Below, piece after piece: positions 45,741-55,756 of a stretch of 60,107 nucleotides of DNA (the first letter of the stretch is position 1; the number at the start of each line of letters is the position of its first letter). Under the pieces are notes generated by a model. It was not told where the DNA came from and ran no database searches. It saw nothing but the letters and a program-made list of their open reading frames with translations. The position numbers and the translations under genes are program-made. The stretch is from Candidatus Thorarchaeota archaeon (lineage in GTDB: Archaea > Asgardarchaeota > Thorarchaeia > Thorarchaeales > Thorarchaeaceae). The stretch is from the NCBI GenBank assembly GCA_004524445.1, contig SDNP01000018.1, positions 1 to 60,107 of the forward strand, given 5' to 3'.

Positions 45741-46943
45741 TTATATGGCCAGTTTGATCATTGATAGAAGGTGGCTTCGCACCATCCTTTTTATGAGATC
45801 ATTCTTAATTTCGGTGGCGGGTCGATTACCAGTCACCATCTCAAATGCAAGCTCAGCCAGCCGGTCGTCATCTTCCAAGAGTCCACAAACAAGCTCTGCA
45901 TTCTTTTCTGACTTGAACAAGTATCTTGAGATGAATCGTGCAGCCTTCAATTCCTCGCGAATGCTTTTTTTCAGTCGGTGATCATAAGCGGCAATATGAT
46001 GAGGGCGCTTCATTCTTACCACTTCTTCTGCCACCTCAGCTGCAATCAATCCCGACTGTATAGAATAGTATACTCCCTCACCAGTGATTGATGAAGCGAT
46101 TCCGGCAGCATCGCCAATCAACATTGTTCTTCGAGCAGTAACTCTTGTGTCCAAGGAGGTCATTGGAATTCGGGCGCCCTTCTTAGACGAAACATCAAGT
46201 GATATTCCTCGTTCTCTTTCGAGCTTGTTGATGAACACATTCCAGGAACCATAGAGGTCTGCCTCGTAATCCAACCTATGACCTATGCCAAGTGAGATAC
46301 CGTTTGCCTTTGGAAATACCCACCCATACCCGCCCCCTATAACACCAAGGAAAATTTCAAGGGGTAATGTATCATCATCGCCCCTCATCATAAAATTGGT
46401 TACTTCATCTGAATTCATTGATACATCAGCCACGATGCAGGCAGCTATCTCATCTGCATTCCATTCTCTCAATCCTACCCTCTTGGCAACAATGCTATTC
46501 ACGCCATCTGCGCCAACAAGAAGACGGCCCTTATGTGAATCCCCTTTTGCTAATGCTCGGACTGCATGACGCAAATGTTCAACGGCCACAACACGAGTGT
46601 TTTCGATAACCTCGGCTCCTGCATCCATTGCTTTTTCAATTAGAAAGGCATCCAGTTTTTCGCGACTGGAGGTATATCCTACAATTTGATTCGCAGTTCG
46701 TATTATATCTTGACCTGAGGGTGAATGAATGATAGCGGTCGTGATCTCATTTTCTAACGCGCTACTTAGATCAAGGTCTAGCAGATTGACAGTTCTTTGT
46801 GATAGTGCACCCCCACAGGGCTTCTTTCGGGGGTAAGATTCCTTCTCCAGCAGAACTACATCCAAGCCATTTTGAGCCGCCATCCGGGCACAGACAGCTC
46901 CGGCAGGACCTCCTCCAACAATAACTAAGTCACGCAACGTCAT
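45741..46943 (-). CDS. Geranylgeranyl reductase family FAD oxidoreductase
   Basis: VGGGPAG, KPCGG, GADGVNS, YGWVFPK, GDAAG, TGEG. Confidence 0.93.
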   Translation of the reverse strand: MTLRDLVIVGGGPAGAVCARMAAQNGLDVVLLEKESYPRKKPCGGALSQRTVNLLDLDLSSALENEITTAIIHSPSGQDIIRTANQIVGYTSSREKLDAFLIEKAMDAGAEVIENTRVVAVEHLRHAVRALAKGDSHKGRLLVGADGVNSIVAKRVGLREWNADEIAACIVADVSMNSDEVTNFMMRGDDDTLPLEIFLGVIGGGYGWVFPKANGISLGIGHRLDYEADLYGSWNVFINKLERERGISLDVSSKKGARIPMTSLDTRVTARRTMLIGDAAGIASSITGEGVYYSIQSGLIAAEVAEEVVRMKRPHHIAAYDHRLKKSIREELKAARFISRYLFKSEKNAELVCGLLEDDDRLAELAFEMVTGNRPATEIKNDLIKRMVRSHLLSMIKLAI

Positions 46944-47020
46944 TCGATCACTTGACACATCGTTATTTGGTAGCAATAAGTTGATGTGTCCTTTTCTTAC
47001 TTTCCCAAAGGGGTAATAGT

Positions 47021-48064
47021 TTGAGTGAACAGGCAAAAATATGCATCATAGCAACCGGAGGAACGATAGCTAGTATAGAGGATCCGGCATCGGACTCGCT
47101 GCGACCTTCTCTTAAAGTTGAGGATTTAGTAAAGACACTTCCAAAAGCTATGAGCAATATTGACATTATTAGAAAAGACCTCTTCTTGATTGACTCTGCA
47201 AATATGCAACCCCACCATTGGCAAGAGATATCTGAATCCATTCAATCAGTTCATGAAGACCATCCAGAGTTATCCGGATTCGTCATAACTCATGGAACAG
47301 ATACAATGGTCTACTCTGCATCAGCAGTCAGCCTAATGGTGCAAGAGTTGGGCAAACCGATTGCATTCACTGGATCTCAAATCCCGTCAAGCGTTCCCTG
47401 GAGTGATGGACCAAGAAATATACTTGATGCCATACGAGTAGCATCTTTTGCGGATCTTGGTGAAACCTGTATTGTATTCAATGGGGAGATTCACCGCCCA
47501 ACAAGAACCAAAAAAGTACGTGTTAATTCCTATGATGCTTTTGACTCAATGGACCCAACACCCTTGGGAGTGCTTTCTAGAGAGATTGTACTATTTGAAG
47601 ATAGGAAGAAGCGGACAACAGCTAATCCAACCTTTGACAGAAGGTTAGATCCAAACGTGTTTCTACTAAAGGTATTTCCAGGGATGAAACCAAACGTAGT
47701 TTCGGGCATTGTAGAGATGGGGTATCATGGGCTAGTGATTGAGGGATTTGGTTCTGGCAACATTCCCAGCGAGGAGAATTCGCTCGTACATGGAATACAG
47801 GAGGCGGTAGATGCAGGGTGCGCGGTGGTGATCAGCTCGCAATGTGCATTTGGACAAGCCTATCCCTCTCTTTATGAAGTTAGTCGAGCTTCTGCGGAGG
47901 TAGGTGCAATCAGTGTATATGATATGACATCTGAGGCGGCATTCGTCAAGCTGGCATGGATACTTGGACGTACGAAAAAGCTGGATGAAATCCAAGAAAT
48001 GATGATGAAAAACTATGTTGGGGAAATCTCATTCCGGTCAGATGTGGGCTTCACTGCAACGTGA
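47021..48064 (+). CDS. ansA: Type I L-asparaginase
   Basis: TGGTIAS, DSANM, HGTDTM, TGSQ; lacks the GatD N-terminal domain. Confidence 0.9.
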   Translation: MSEQAKICIIATGGTIASIEDPASDSLRPSLKVEDLVKTLPKAMSNIDIIRKDLFLIDSANMQPHHWQEISESIQSVHEDHPELSGFVITHGTDTMVYSASAVSLMVQELGKPIAFTGSQIPSSVPWSDGPRNILDAIRVASFADLGETCIVFNGEIHRPTRTKKVRVNSYDAFDSMDPTPLGVLSREIVLFEDRKKRTTANPTFDRRLDPNVFLLKVFPGMKPNVVSGIVEMGYHGLVIEGFGSGNIPSEENSLVHGIQEAVDAGCAVVISSQCAFGQAYPSLYEVSRASAEVGAISVYDMTSEAAFVKLAWILGRTKKLDEIQEMMMKNYVGEISFRSDVGFTAT

Positions 48065-48142
48065 TATTCATCGAACTAACGACATTCTTAAATCAGCATA
48101 TAGTGCCACTGCAGAGTGACTATAATAGATTGGTCGAATCGC

Positions 48143-48259
48143 GCCTGGGTAGCCAAGCCCGGTTACGGCGGCAGTCTGGAATTTGTGCGCCTGTGAGCGC
48201 ACTATCTGGGCAGCTGCTGTCCATTGGACGCATGAGTTCGAATCTCATCCCAGGCGCCA
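48143..48259 (+). tRNA. tRNA-Ser (GGA) with a 30-nt intron at 37/38 (48182..48211)
   Basis: Acceptor GCCTGGG/CCCAGGC, anticodon stem GCAGT/GCTGC, loop CTGGAA^A, variable arm GTCCA-T-TGGAC, T loop TTCGAAT, G73 and CCA. Confidence 0.93.
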
Positions 48260-48274
48260 CCAATTTCTAGTGGT

Positions 48275-48541
48275 TCAAAGACTTTTTGAAACACTCTGAT
48301 TCTCATCTACGGCAGTGATGTATAAACCATATAATGTAAGCAAGAAACCGGGTACGGCGGCAAGCAATGTGAATTCTGCGTCAAAAACCCATATTGCCTC
48401 ACCGATATCCTTGCCGGGAACATTATTTACTAGATACCAGAAGCGAAGGCTGACTAGAATCGCCCATAGGATTCCACCACCAATTAGCCCAAAGAAAATC
48501 AGAATTGGGCCTAATTTGTTGGATTTCAACAAAAGCCCCAA
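48275..48541 (-). CDS. Small membrane protein
   Basis: Two to three hydrophobic helices; start may extend upstream. Confidence 0.6.
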   Translation of the reverse strand: MGLLLKSNKLGPILIFFGLIGGGILWAILVSLRFWYLVNNVPGKDIGEAIWVFDAEFTLLAAVPGFLLTLYGLYITAVDENQSVSKSL

Positions 48542-48775
48542 GAAGACTATGATGGCTCAGCTTGTGAATATTAATGATGAAATGCACTTGTTGATGTTTT
48601 TGATTGGGTTAGTTCATTATCAAAAGCACAGAGATGATTAACAATCTATGTTTCATGGAGATAGCGTCAAATCTTAAAGGGGATACCCCAAAATTAGCTT
48701 CCTGATGGCAATGATTATAAGGTGACTCCAAGAGGCTCACAAAGCCTCAAGCCAGTCCGAATGAGGTAATACATT

Positions 48776-49249
48776 ATGTCCGAGCAAGAATACCAATACA
48801 TAGTCCGAATGGCAGGCCATGATATTGATGGCCAAGAGAACCTACTCCGAGGGTTAACTAAAATCAAGGGAGTCGGTCTTAGGCTTTCAAAGGCGATAAT
48901 TAACCAGCTAGATTTGGATCCCGAAAAGAGGATTGGATATGTTTCAGATGATGAAATCGAGAATATCGAAAAAATCATCGAGGATCCAACTTCACATGAT
49001 TTTCCAGGATGGTATGTCAATAGGTCTCGCGACCGAAGAACAGGCAAAATGATTCATTTGATTGGCTCAGACCTCGAGTTCACGCACAGAAACGACATAG
49101 ACCGTCTGAAGAGGATTAGGTCATGGAGAGGTATGAGGCATCAACTTGGTCTGAAAGTGCGTGGTCAACATACCAGGACTACTGGACGAAGTGGAATGTC
49201 AGTAGGTGTGTCCAGAAAGCGACTCAAGAGAGAGGCCAGAGAAGAGTGA
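48776..49249 (+). CDS. rps13: 30S ribosomal protein S13
   Basis: LTKIKGVG, IRSWRGMRHQLGLKVRGQHTRTTGR. Confidence 0.98.
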   Translation: MSEQEYQYIVRMAGHDIDGQENLLRGLTKIKGVGLRLSKAIINQLDLDPEKRIGYVSDDEIENIEKIIEDPTSHDFPGWYVNRSRDRRTGKMIHLIGSDLEFTHRNDIDRLKRIRSWRGMRHQLGLKVRGQHTRTTGRSGMSVGVSRKRLKREAREE

Positions 49250-49268
49250 AGATGGAGGCTAGAATTTA

Positions 49269-49892
49269 ATGGGCGACCCACGGAAGCAAAAGAAGAAGTA
49301 CGTTTCGCCGCAGCGTCCATTCGATAGTGATAGATTCGAACAGGAACTACAGCTGATTGGTTCTTATGGATTAAGAAACAAGAAAGAGCTGTGGGGTCAT
49401 AGAACAGATTTGTCTCATTATCGGAGACAAGCTCGGAATCTTCTAGCATTGCCACAGGAAGAAAGACAACGCCTTGAATCGGAACTCATTGACAAGCTGG
49501 CAAGACTTGGAATTCTTACTGGAGAACCTTCCCTCGATAGTGTTTTGGACTTGGAGCTGGAAGACGTGCTTGAGAGGAGACTTCAGACAATAGTCTTCAG
49601 AATGGGCATGGCATCTTCAGTATATCATGCTAGACAACTTGTGACACATGGACACGTCGCACTGGATGGAGCCCGTGTGATGTCACCAAGCAGAATTATT
49701 ACCCTACCCGAGCAGGATAGATTGAGCTACAGTCAAAAGTCACCGTTGAATGACGAATCTCACCCAGCCAGAATAGCTGCTTCGGAGGTCGCAAAGATGG
49801 TGAGCGCTCAAACTGGCGAAACCATGGTAGATATTGCGCCTAGACGAGCAGACCTAGAGTTTGACGAAGGTTTTGATGAAAACGTAGATTAG
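49269..49892 (+). CDS. rps4: 30S ribosomal protein S4
   Basis: MGDPRK, YGLRNKKELW, LERRLQT, ARQLVTHGH. Confidence 0.98.
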   Translation: MGDPRKQKKKYVSPQRPFDSDRFEQELQLIGSYGLRNKKELWGHRTDLSHYRRQARNLLALPQEERQRLESELIDKLARLGILTGEPSLDSVLDLELEDVLERRLQTIVFRMGMASSVYHARQLVTHGHVALDGARVMSPSRIITLPEQDRLSYSQKSPLNDESHPARIAASEVAKMVSAQTGETMVDIAPRRADLEFDEGFDENVD

Positions 49893-49905
49893 GAGATGAA
49901 GTAGA

Positions 49906-50304
49906 TTGAGCAAAGAAGACCGCGATAAGTGGGGTGTTGCACATATTTTTGCATCCTACAATGATAGCATAATTCACATCACTGACATCACTGGTGCTGA
50001 AACCATCGCCAGATATAGTGGCGGAATGATGGTCAAAGCAGACAGAAATGAATCATCTCCACATGCTGCGATGCAAGCAGCATTCCAAGCAGCAAGAGAA
50101 GCCAAGGACAAGGGCATATACGGCCTTCATATTCGCGTTCGCGCTCCAGGCGGGCATGGCCCAAAAACACCAGGCCCCGGTGCACAGGCTGCTATTCGTG
50201 CTCTAAGTAGAGCAGGCCTCAGAATTGGCATTATTGATGAGGTCACGCCAATGCCCCATGATGGTACCCGAAAACCTGGCGGACGTAGAGGCAGAAGAGT
50301 CTAG
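49906..50304 (+). CDS. rps11: 30S ribosomal protein S11
   Basis: [30 protein letters not shown]. Confidence 0.98.
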   Translation: MSKEDRDKWGVAHIFASYNDSIIHITDITGAETIARYSGGMMVKADRNESSPHAAMQAAFQAAREAKDKGIYGLHIRVRAPGGHGPKTPGPGAQAAIRALSRAGLRIGIIDEVTPMPHDGTRKPGGRRGRRV

Positions 50305-50329
50305 TTAGACGTTCCATATATTATTTGCA

Positions 50330-51670
50330 CTAGAATGAATGCCATTTTTCGATCAGTTTATCGCCAAAGCCATTATTGCTTCTCCCGACTCTTGATGTCG
50401 GCCGTGTGAGGTGCCGTTGTGCTCGGGGTGGTGGTAGGTGAAGACCTGATTGTATCTTTCTCTCAAGCACTGACTTCTTCTTACTCAAGTCCTGAGACCG
50501 AAATCCACATTTCTCGCACTTGTAGCCCTTATTTCGCCCGGCACTCTTTAGACGTTTTCCGCACTCTGGACATAATGGATTGAAGTATCGAAGTTTCTCA
50601 GCTAGATTGATTATTTCCATGCCCTCTACATTCAGTGTCATGCCATGGCTCCTCGATGAAGGTCTTACTCCTGCATGAAGAACTAGGCGGTCTCCTGGAA
50701 TCAACTGACGTACAACTTCTCTGAAATCACCGGTGGGCTCATAGGCGGCGCAATCTATGGCTCCGGAATCATCTGCAACTTGGAAGATAACATGCCCTCC
50801 TTCTATTATAGTTGGCTTTTTCAGCACCTGGCATCGGACGCGTGCAGACATATATGGCCGCAAATCAAAAATCCTAACTCTATGCCGCAGATGCTCACCC
50901 GTCCCCTGATTTGTTCTGAAAATCATCCACCGCTCTTTCGATTGATTGCTCTTAATACAATCAGCAGCTTCCCTCAAAATATTCGGACTTTCACCTCTAA
51001 CGCCAAAGAGAACAGGATCTGGTCCATGAGGTTCGACAAGCACGTATCCAGTTTCATAGTCAATATTCGAGAAAGTAGCTTCGCCAAACCTCTGGTCCAT
51101 CTTTTTGACAGAGTGGAGAGATACCCCACGAGGTTTTGCTGAGGAGTCAATTGATCGATAGGCGATGTACTCATAGGTATAATCCTCGTCGAGGGTGTTT
51201 CCAATAGCCGATATCGCTCCTATCACGCCTCTGCCGTTACCTAGGGTGAATGAGTCAATCTCTTCACGCTTCAAAAGACGTTTAGCTATTTCTAGAGACA
51301 CTGCGCGCCACATGGCTTGGCGTGAAAACCACCTGATTCGATGAGGAATATTTCCCTGAAGAACAACAACGCCAGGATTTGTGTTAGGATAGCCTCGTTC
51401 AATATATCGTGAGACCATGTCGGAGATTAACGGGATGAGCTTGGGCATCTTATGTCTGTGAATGGAGAATCTAAGCGCGACTGCCCCATTACCTCTGGTT
51501 CGAAATGGAATATTCGGATTCAGTCGCACTAGATTGGCATAGTCCTTCCACTGAGCAGACAAAGTATTCAACTCTTCAACAACAAGAGTCGCAAAATGAG
51601 TGGTGCAACCGCCTCGGGGGCTATCTATGTCATCCATGCCCATGGCAACATCAATCATCTCCGAGCCCAT
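50330..51670 (-). CDS. tiaS: tRNA(Ile2) 2-agmatinylcytidine synthetase
   Basis: GMDDIDS..GGCTT, LVRLNPNIP.RTRGNG, TNQGT, AAYEPT, C-terminal Zn ribbon and RHLT.P. Confidence 0.95.
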   Translation of the reverse strand: MGSEMIDVAMGMDDIDSPRGGCTTHFATLVVEELNTLSAQWKDYANLVRLNPNIPFRTRGNGAVALRFSIHRHKMPKLIPLISDMVSRYIERGYPNTNPGVVVLQGNIPHRIRWFSRQAMWRAVSLEIAKRLLKREEIDSFTLGNGRGVIGAISAIGNTLDEDYTYEYIAYRSIDSSAKPRGVSLHSVKKMDQRFGEATFSNIDYETGYVLVEPHGPDPVLFGVRGESPNILREAADCIKSNQSKERWMIFRTNQGTGEHLRHRVRIFDLRPYMSARVRCQVLKKPTIIEGGHVIFQVADDSGAIDCAAYEPTGDFREVVRQLIPGDRLVLHAGVRPSSRSHGMTLNVEGMEIINLAEKLRYFNPLCPECGKRLKSAGRNKGYKCEKCGFRSQDLSKKKSVLERKIQSGLHLPPPRAQRHLTRPTSRVGRSNNGFGDKLIEKWHSF

Positions 51671-51671
51671 G

Positions 51672-51974
51672 TCACTGGCACCTCACACAAATGGTTGCTT
51701 CTCCCTCTCGAATTCCATGATCTTCACAGACCAATCGTCCACATATATCACAAGCACGAGAAGATAGGCACTGATTACAGACGGAACAGATAGTTTCACT
51801 GCAGAGCAGGCACATATTCTCCGCCTCATTGAAACAATCACTGCAGATAGATGCCCCACAAACATCACAGACGAAGTTTACACTATCACCTTCACCGCAC
51901 ACTTCGCAGTATTCGCCTGCTTTGAATTCGACAACCTTTTGGGGCATCATCTCTCCAAAACCGGGCATACACAA
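51672..51974 (-). CDS. Small multi-zinc-finger protein
   Basis: Repeated CxxC pairs (CEVC, CDVC, CSDC, CLLC, CSVC, CDIC, CEDH, CVRC). Confidence 0.8.
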   Translation of the reverse strand: MCMPGFGEMMPQKVVEFKAGEYCEVCGEGDSVNFVCDVCGASICSDCFNEAENMCLLCSETICSVCNQCLSSRACDICGRLVCEDHGIREGEATICVRCQ

Positions 51975-52006
51975 ATCTCTTGTGTAATGTTCACAGAGTG
52001 AATGAT

Positions 52007-52549
52007 GTGACCAACGATAGTGACAAGCCGAGAATCATAGTCTTTCACGCCGGTCAGTGTGATCCGAAAAAATGTACTGGGTTACGTTTGGAAAGGATGA
52101 GAAAAGCAGAAGTGGTCAGGAGCATTAGAAATATACCCCCTGGAGGAGTGGTGTTGAATCCCGTTTCTCAAGTCGCTTTATCACCTACGGATCGGGGAAA
52201 TATTATGAAGAGCGGTCTTATAGCCCTCGATTGTTCATGGAAGAAGGCAGAGGAGATATTCCAAACCACGACGCAAGGGATTCAAAGGGCTCTCCCATAT
52301 TTGCTGGCAAGCAATCCCATAAACACATACAAACCAATCAAGCTGTCCACCGTGGAGGCAATCGCAGCAGCGTTATACATAGTAGGAGAGAAGCAAAAAG
52401 CAGAGAACCTGCTGGATGTTTTCAAATGGGGGCCCAGTTTCCTAATATTGAATCAAGAGTGGCTCGACTCTTACGCTGTCTGTGAATCAAGTACAGAAGT
52501 GGTTGCGGTTCAAAAGGAAATCATGCAAGAACACAGTCGGGAAACATAG
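52007..52549 (+). CDS. tsr3: 16S rRNA aminocarboxypropyltransferase Tsr3 (DUF367)
   Basis: QCDPKKCTG, LDCSW, RALPYLLASNP, LSTVEA, FKWG..F..LN. Confidence 0.95.
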   Translation: MTNDSDKPRIIVFHAGQCDPKKCTGLRLERMRKAEVVRSIRNIPPGGVVLNPVSQVALSPTDRGNIMKSGLIALDCSWKKAEEIFQTTTQGIQRALPYLLASNPINTYKPIKLSTVEAIAAALYIVGEKQKAENLLDVFKWGPSFLILNQEWLDSYAVCESSTEVVAVQKEIMQEHSRET

Positions 52550-52639
52550 GTTGCAAGATTCGGATATGGCTATTGGGGAACGCAGGAATCATCCGCTGAA
52601 ATAACAAATCTAATGAATAAATGTGTCGTTGCGTCTGCT

Positions 52640-52909
52640 ATGAGTGTATTTGAGGGCGAAGACAAACCCGGTTGGAATAGGTGGTGGGTCAGGCGGGCAT
52701 TAAAGACAGGCAGTGGTATTCTATTTGCTTTGGCGATATGGGGCCCTGTACTGCTGCTTGCAGGATTCCCTGCATCTTGGTATCCTCCAAATTCATTTTT
52801 ATTTGGGATGCTGGGGCTGATAATGCTTTACGGATATTATGTGCTTGACCGTGATTTCAAGAAAAAACTGGAGGAAAGGGGTGCCCAATACCAACCCATC
52901 GGTGAATAA
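52640..52909 (+). CDS. Small two-TM membrane protein
   Basis: Two hydrophobic helices with charged flanks. Confidence 0.65.
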   Translation: MSVFEGEDKPGWNRWWVRRALKTGSGILFALAIWGPVLLLAGFPASWYPPNSFLFGMLGLIMLYGYYVLDRDFKKKLEERGAQYQPIGE

Positions 52910-52983
52910 ATTCATCACAAATTTGTTGGATTGACGTGTTCACCAACAGATGTCAAAATGGGGGTGTGCCGTCAATGGAAAGA

Positions 52984-53335
52984 AAGTGGCTCTGGTACAT
53001 AGAGTAACCCTGATTCTGTTCCACTCCCAGATGTCACCATCAAGGAGTCTTGCGACATCAGACTAAGCTCCCTACCCTAGGCCTCAGGTCGGCACATCGT
53101 CAGCCTATTCTTGGGATTGCTACCCAGTGATGAGCCGTTTCATCCGAACCAGACTAATCCTCAACAGGTTATTTCCTGCATCATCGTCAAATCCAGTCTG
53201 GGGGTGTCGTTTCTGTTCTCAGAGCGAGGTTCTAACCTCCCTGTTCACACAGGACTGGCACCGACATGGAGTCAGGAGTTTCCTCAGCACCCACTTGGAG
53301 TACCGTCAGTCGCGCTTACACTCCAGAGCCAACTT
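52984..53335 (-). ncRNA. rnpB: RNase P RNA (archaeal, probably type A)
   Basis: Minus strand: GAGGAAACTCC (CR-I), ACAGAAA (CR-II), TGAAAC (CR-III), AACAGAATCAGGGTTA (CR-V); terminal helix TGGCTCTGG/CCAGAGCCA; P8-like CCTGT-GTGA-ACAGG. Confidence 0.93.
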
Positions 53336-53385
53336 ACTCTTTGATTATGATGTAATTAACTATACGCTTCGGCGAAGAACTAATC

Positions 53386-54399
53386 TCAATCTTCTTTCCA
53401 CAGAGGTGGATATCTGCCACGCTCCATGAGTACCCGTTCAATCTCGGCAACTATGCCACTCTTTGATTTAGCAATCCGATCACTAATGTCCTTGCTTCTT
53501 GCAAGAGCTATTGCTTCGTCCTTTAGCGTTTTCAAAACTATAAGGTCACCAGGATTAATGCCCGTGGAGAGCTGCAATACACCGTTAGCCGCGAGATTAG
53601 CTCCGTGACAGAGCGCATCCACAGCGCTGTCTCTCACCTTTATCTCGGGCAGATGTTGTAAGGCATACTCTATGGGTCGCACGTAACTTCGGATTTCTTC
53701 TTCATCTCCATCTTCTAGCCAGAAGTGATAAGCATCTTGCAGATCGTGCAAATTACAGAGATGTTCGTCCTCACGGAAATGACCTACTCTGGTACGCCTC
53801 AATTCACGCATATGAGCGCCAACACCCAAGACTTCACCAATGTCGAAACATAACTTCCGGATGTAGGTTCCCGCTTCACATCCTACCTTGAAAAGGACGA
53901 CTCTGCCCTTGATTTCTAGGAGATCATTGTAGTAAATCTCACGAACCCTGAGAACCCTCTTGACTGAAGACCGCAAAGGAGGTCTCTGATAGAGTTTTCC
54001 AGTGAACTCGCTAATAACGCGTCTAATATCTTCCTCTGGAGCCTTACCATGGAGCTCCATCACACAAACGTATTCTTTCCCAGCAGGAAGAAGCGCTTGC
54101 ATTGCTTTCGTTCCATCCCCCAAGCCCAAGGGAAGAATACCCGTGACTGCAGGATCAAGAGTTCCAGAGTGTCCAACTTTATCGGCTTTGACTATCTTTC
54201 TTACCCAAGTGGCAACTTCATGGCTAGTTGGTCCAGCAGGTTTGTCCAGAGATACGACTCCATTGGACAATAGGTACTCGACCGGTAGCTCGTTTGCAGA
54301 TTGATATCCATAGTCCGGATTTGTTGTATCTTCTGCACGATAGAGGGTTTCGCGAGGGCGGTCAGCAGGAAGCACATTCTTCATTTCGTTACTGTCCAC
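53386..54399 (-). CDS. cbf5: H/ACA RNA-guided pseudouridine synthase Cbf5 (TruB family)
   Basis: DKPAGPTSHEV, GHSGTLDP, GTYIRKLC, PUA domain. Confidence 0.97.
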   Translation of the reverse strand: MDSNEMKNVLPADRPRETLYRAEDTTNPDYGYQSANELPVEYLLSNGVVSLDKPAGPTSHEVATWVRKIVKADKVGHSGTLDPAVTGILPLGLGDGTKAMQALLPAGKEYVCVMELHGKAPEEDIRRVISEFTGKLYQRPPLRSSVKRVLRVREIYYNDLLEIKGRVVLFKVGCEAGTYIRKLCFDIGEVLGVGAHMRELRRTRVGHFREDEHLCNLHDLQDAYHFWLEDGDEEEIRSYVRPIEYALQHLPEIKVRDSAVDALCHGANLAANGVLQLSTGINPGDLIVLKTLKDEAIALARSKDISDRIAKSKSGIVAEIERVLMERGRYPPLWKED

Positions 54400-54423
54400 C
54401 TTGGGCGAGTCCTGAGGTCATCT

Positions 54424-54705
54424 CTATTCTGAAGCTCTAATTTTCACTCTAAACTTATCCAGTAAATCAGCCGCGTCTAGTGCCTTCTCAACATCTTCAT
54501 CACTTGCACCCTTCTTTATATCAAGAATAGTACCCAATGGTTCAAGATGCTTAACGCTACAAGGACGGCGTCTCACCCCATTCAGACCCTTCGGTCCAGT
54601 AATCTCAACTCTACGGTCATCTTGCTCGTCCACTATGACACAGTAACTTCCAGCCTCGCGGCCCATTGTTTTAACACAAATTCGTCCAACTTCAAATAAA
54701 GTCAT
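54424..54705 (-). CDS. rpl14e: 50S ribosomal protein L14e
   Basis: EVGRICVKTMGREAG, ITGPK..GVRRR..KHLEP. Confidence 0.96.
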   Translation of the reverse strand: MTLFEVGRICVKTMGREAGSYCVIVDEQDDRRVEITGPKGLNGVRRRPCSVKHLEPLGTILDIKKGASDEDVEKALDAADLLDKFRVKIRASE

Positions 54706-54827
54706 TTTTTTCTTTCACCTCGACCTACGGGAGGTCAATCGAATACTCAGAGTCACCTTCTGAGACTCATTCCATCCTATAGGGAGAATTATACTTCCAG
54801 TGTGTGGTCCCAATATCAGCGTTACGC

Positions 54828-55379
54828 TCAGGCAGTTGGAGGTTGATTTTCAAATAGATATGAAGCGGCTTGTATTATAATCGAAGCTACACCCTCCAAA
54901 TCGTATATCGATGTGTTAATTATGAGATCGTATATCTCGAGATCCCGTATATCGACACCATAGAACTCCTCATACCGCTCCCTCTCAATCTTTTCGCGAA
55001 CAATTGTTTCCTTCATAGCATTATCAAATGAAACATCATCACGGCTAGCTATTCGCTTCACTCGGACCTCGGTGGGCGCTCTCAGATACACCTTCAAGTC
55101 AGCAAAATCATCAGCCATCCACGCCGCAAGCTGACCGTCAAGAACTATGCTTCCTTTTCTTGCCTCTGCTTTAATCCGTGCATCCAACTCGTGGTCGATA
55201 TCTGGATCAGTTTCTGCGACTTTGCTAAATTCCTCCAAAGTCATTTCTCTTTCTTCAGCTAAGCCACGGAAAATCCGCCCTGCTGACACTCTTCTTAAAT
55301 CAAAATGCTCAGCCACAATATCTGCTGTTGAACTCTTTCCGGTTCCATGAAGGCCGCCAATCGTTATAACGCGGTTCAT
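54828..55379 (-). CDS. cmk: Cytidylate kinase, archaeal type
   Basis: GLHGTGKS, SAGRIFR, RIASRD, YDLIINT; conserved operon position. Confidence 0.94.
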   Translation of the reverse strand: MNRVITIGGLHGTGKSSTADIVAEHFDLRRVSAGRIFRGLAEEREMTLEEFSKVAETDPDIDHELDARIKAEARKGSIVLDGQLAAWMADDFADLKVYLRAPTEVRVKRIASRDDVSFDNAMKETIVREKIERERYEEFYGVDIRDLEIYDLIINTSIYDLEGVASIIIQAASYLFENQPPTA

Positions 55380-55651
55380 TTTTCCAATTCTCTGACCGTG
55401 TCCTTGATTCCCTCTTTCATGGCTGCGGAGGTCATATAGCCACCGTAAGGACGGTTCGGTCGCTTCGCAGATTTGCTTGACTTCCTATTCAGTCCATGCT
55501 TAGCCTCGCGGGGCAATTGCATTTTCTTGCCGGTTACTGCACAAGTTCCTGAAGACTTGTAGAATTTCTTCCTATGGACAGTAATCACTCCGCCAGGTGT
55601 CTTTATTTTCCTATTCGCTCTGCCCTTGGTAAGCATTCCTGGTCTTGGCAT
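55376..55651 (-). CDS. rpl34e: 50S ribosomal protein L34e
   Basis: MPRP, KTPGG, KRPNRPYGG; operon position. Confidence 0.93.
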   Translation of the reverse strand: MPRPGMLTKGRANRKIKTPGGVITVHRKKFYKSSGTCAVTGKKMQLPREAKHGLNRKSSKSAKRPNRPYGGYMTSAAMKEGIKDTVRELEK

Positions 55652-55756
55652 AGTTATCACATCAACTGAACAAGAGGAAAGGCATAGACCTCTGCTTAAA
55701 AGCACAACGGTGAGCCACCTAAAATCATAGCCAGATCTGGCTTGTTCGGTTTCTGC

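Noticed and set aside
47021-48064. GatD assignment
   Set aside because: The N-terminal GatD domain is absent and the length fits a stand-alone type I asparaginase
53111-53429. Plus-strand ORFs of 77 and 100 aa
   Set aside because: They are antisense to the RNase P RNA gene
54706-54827. Small hairpins in the cmk-rpl14e spacer as a ribosomal leader
   Set aside because: Stems of only 5-6 bp, within chance expectation without comparative data
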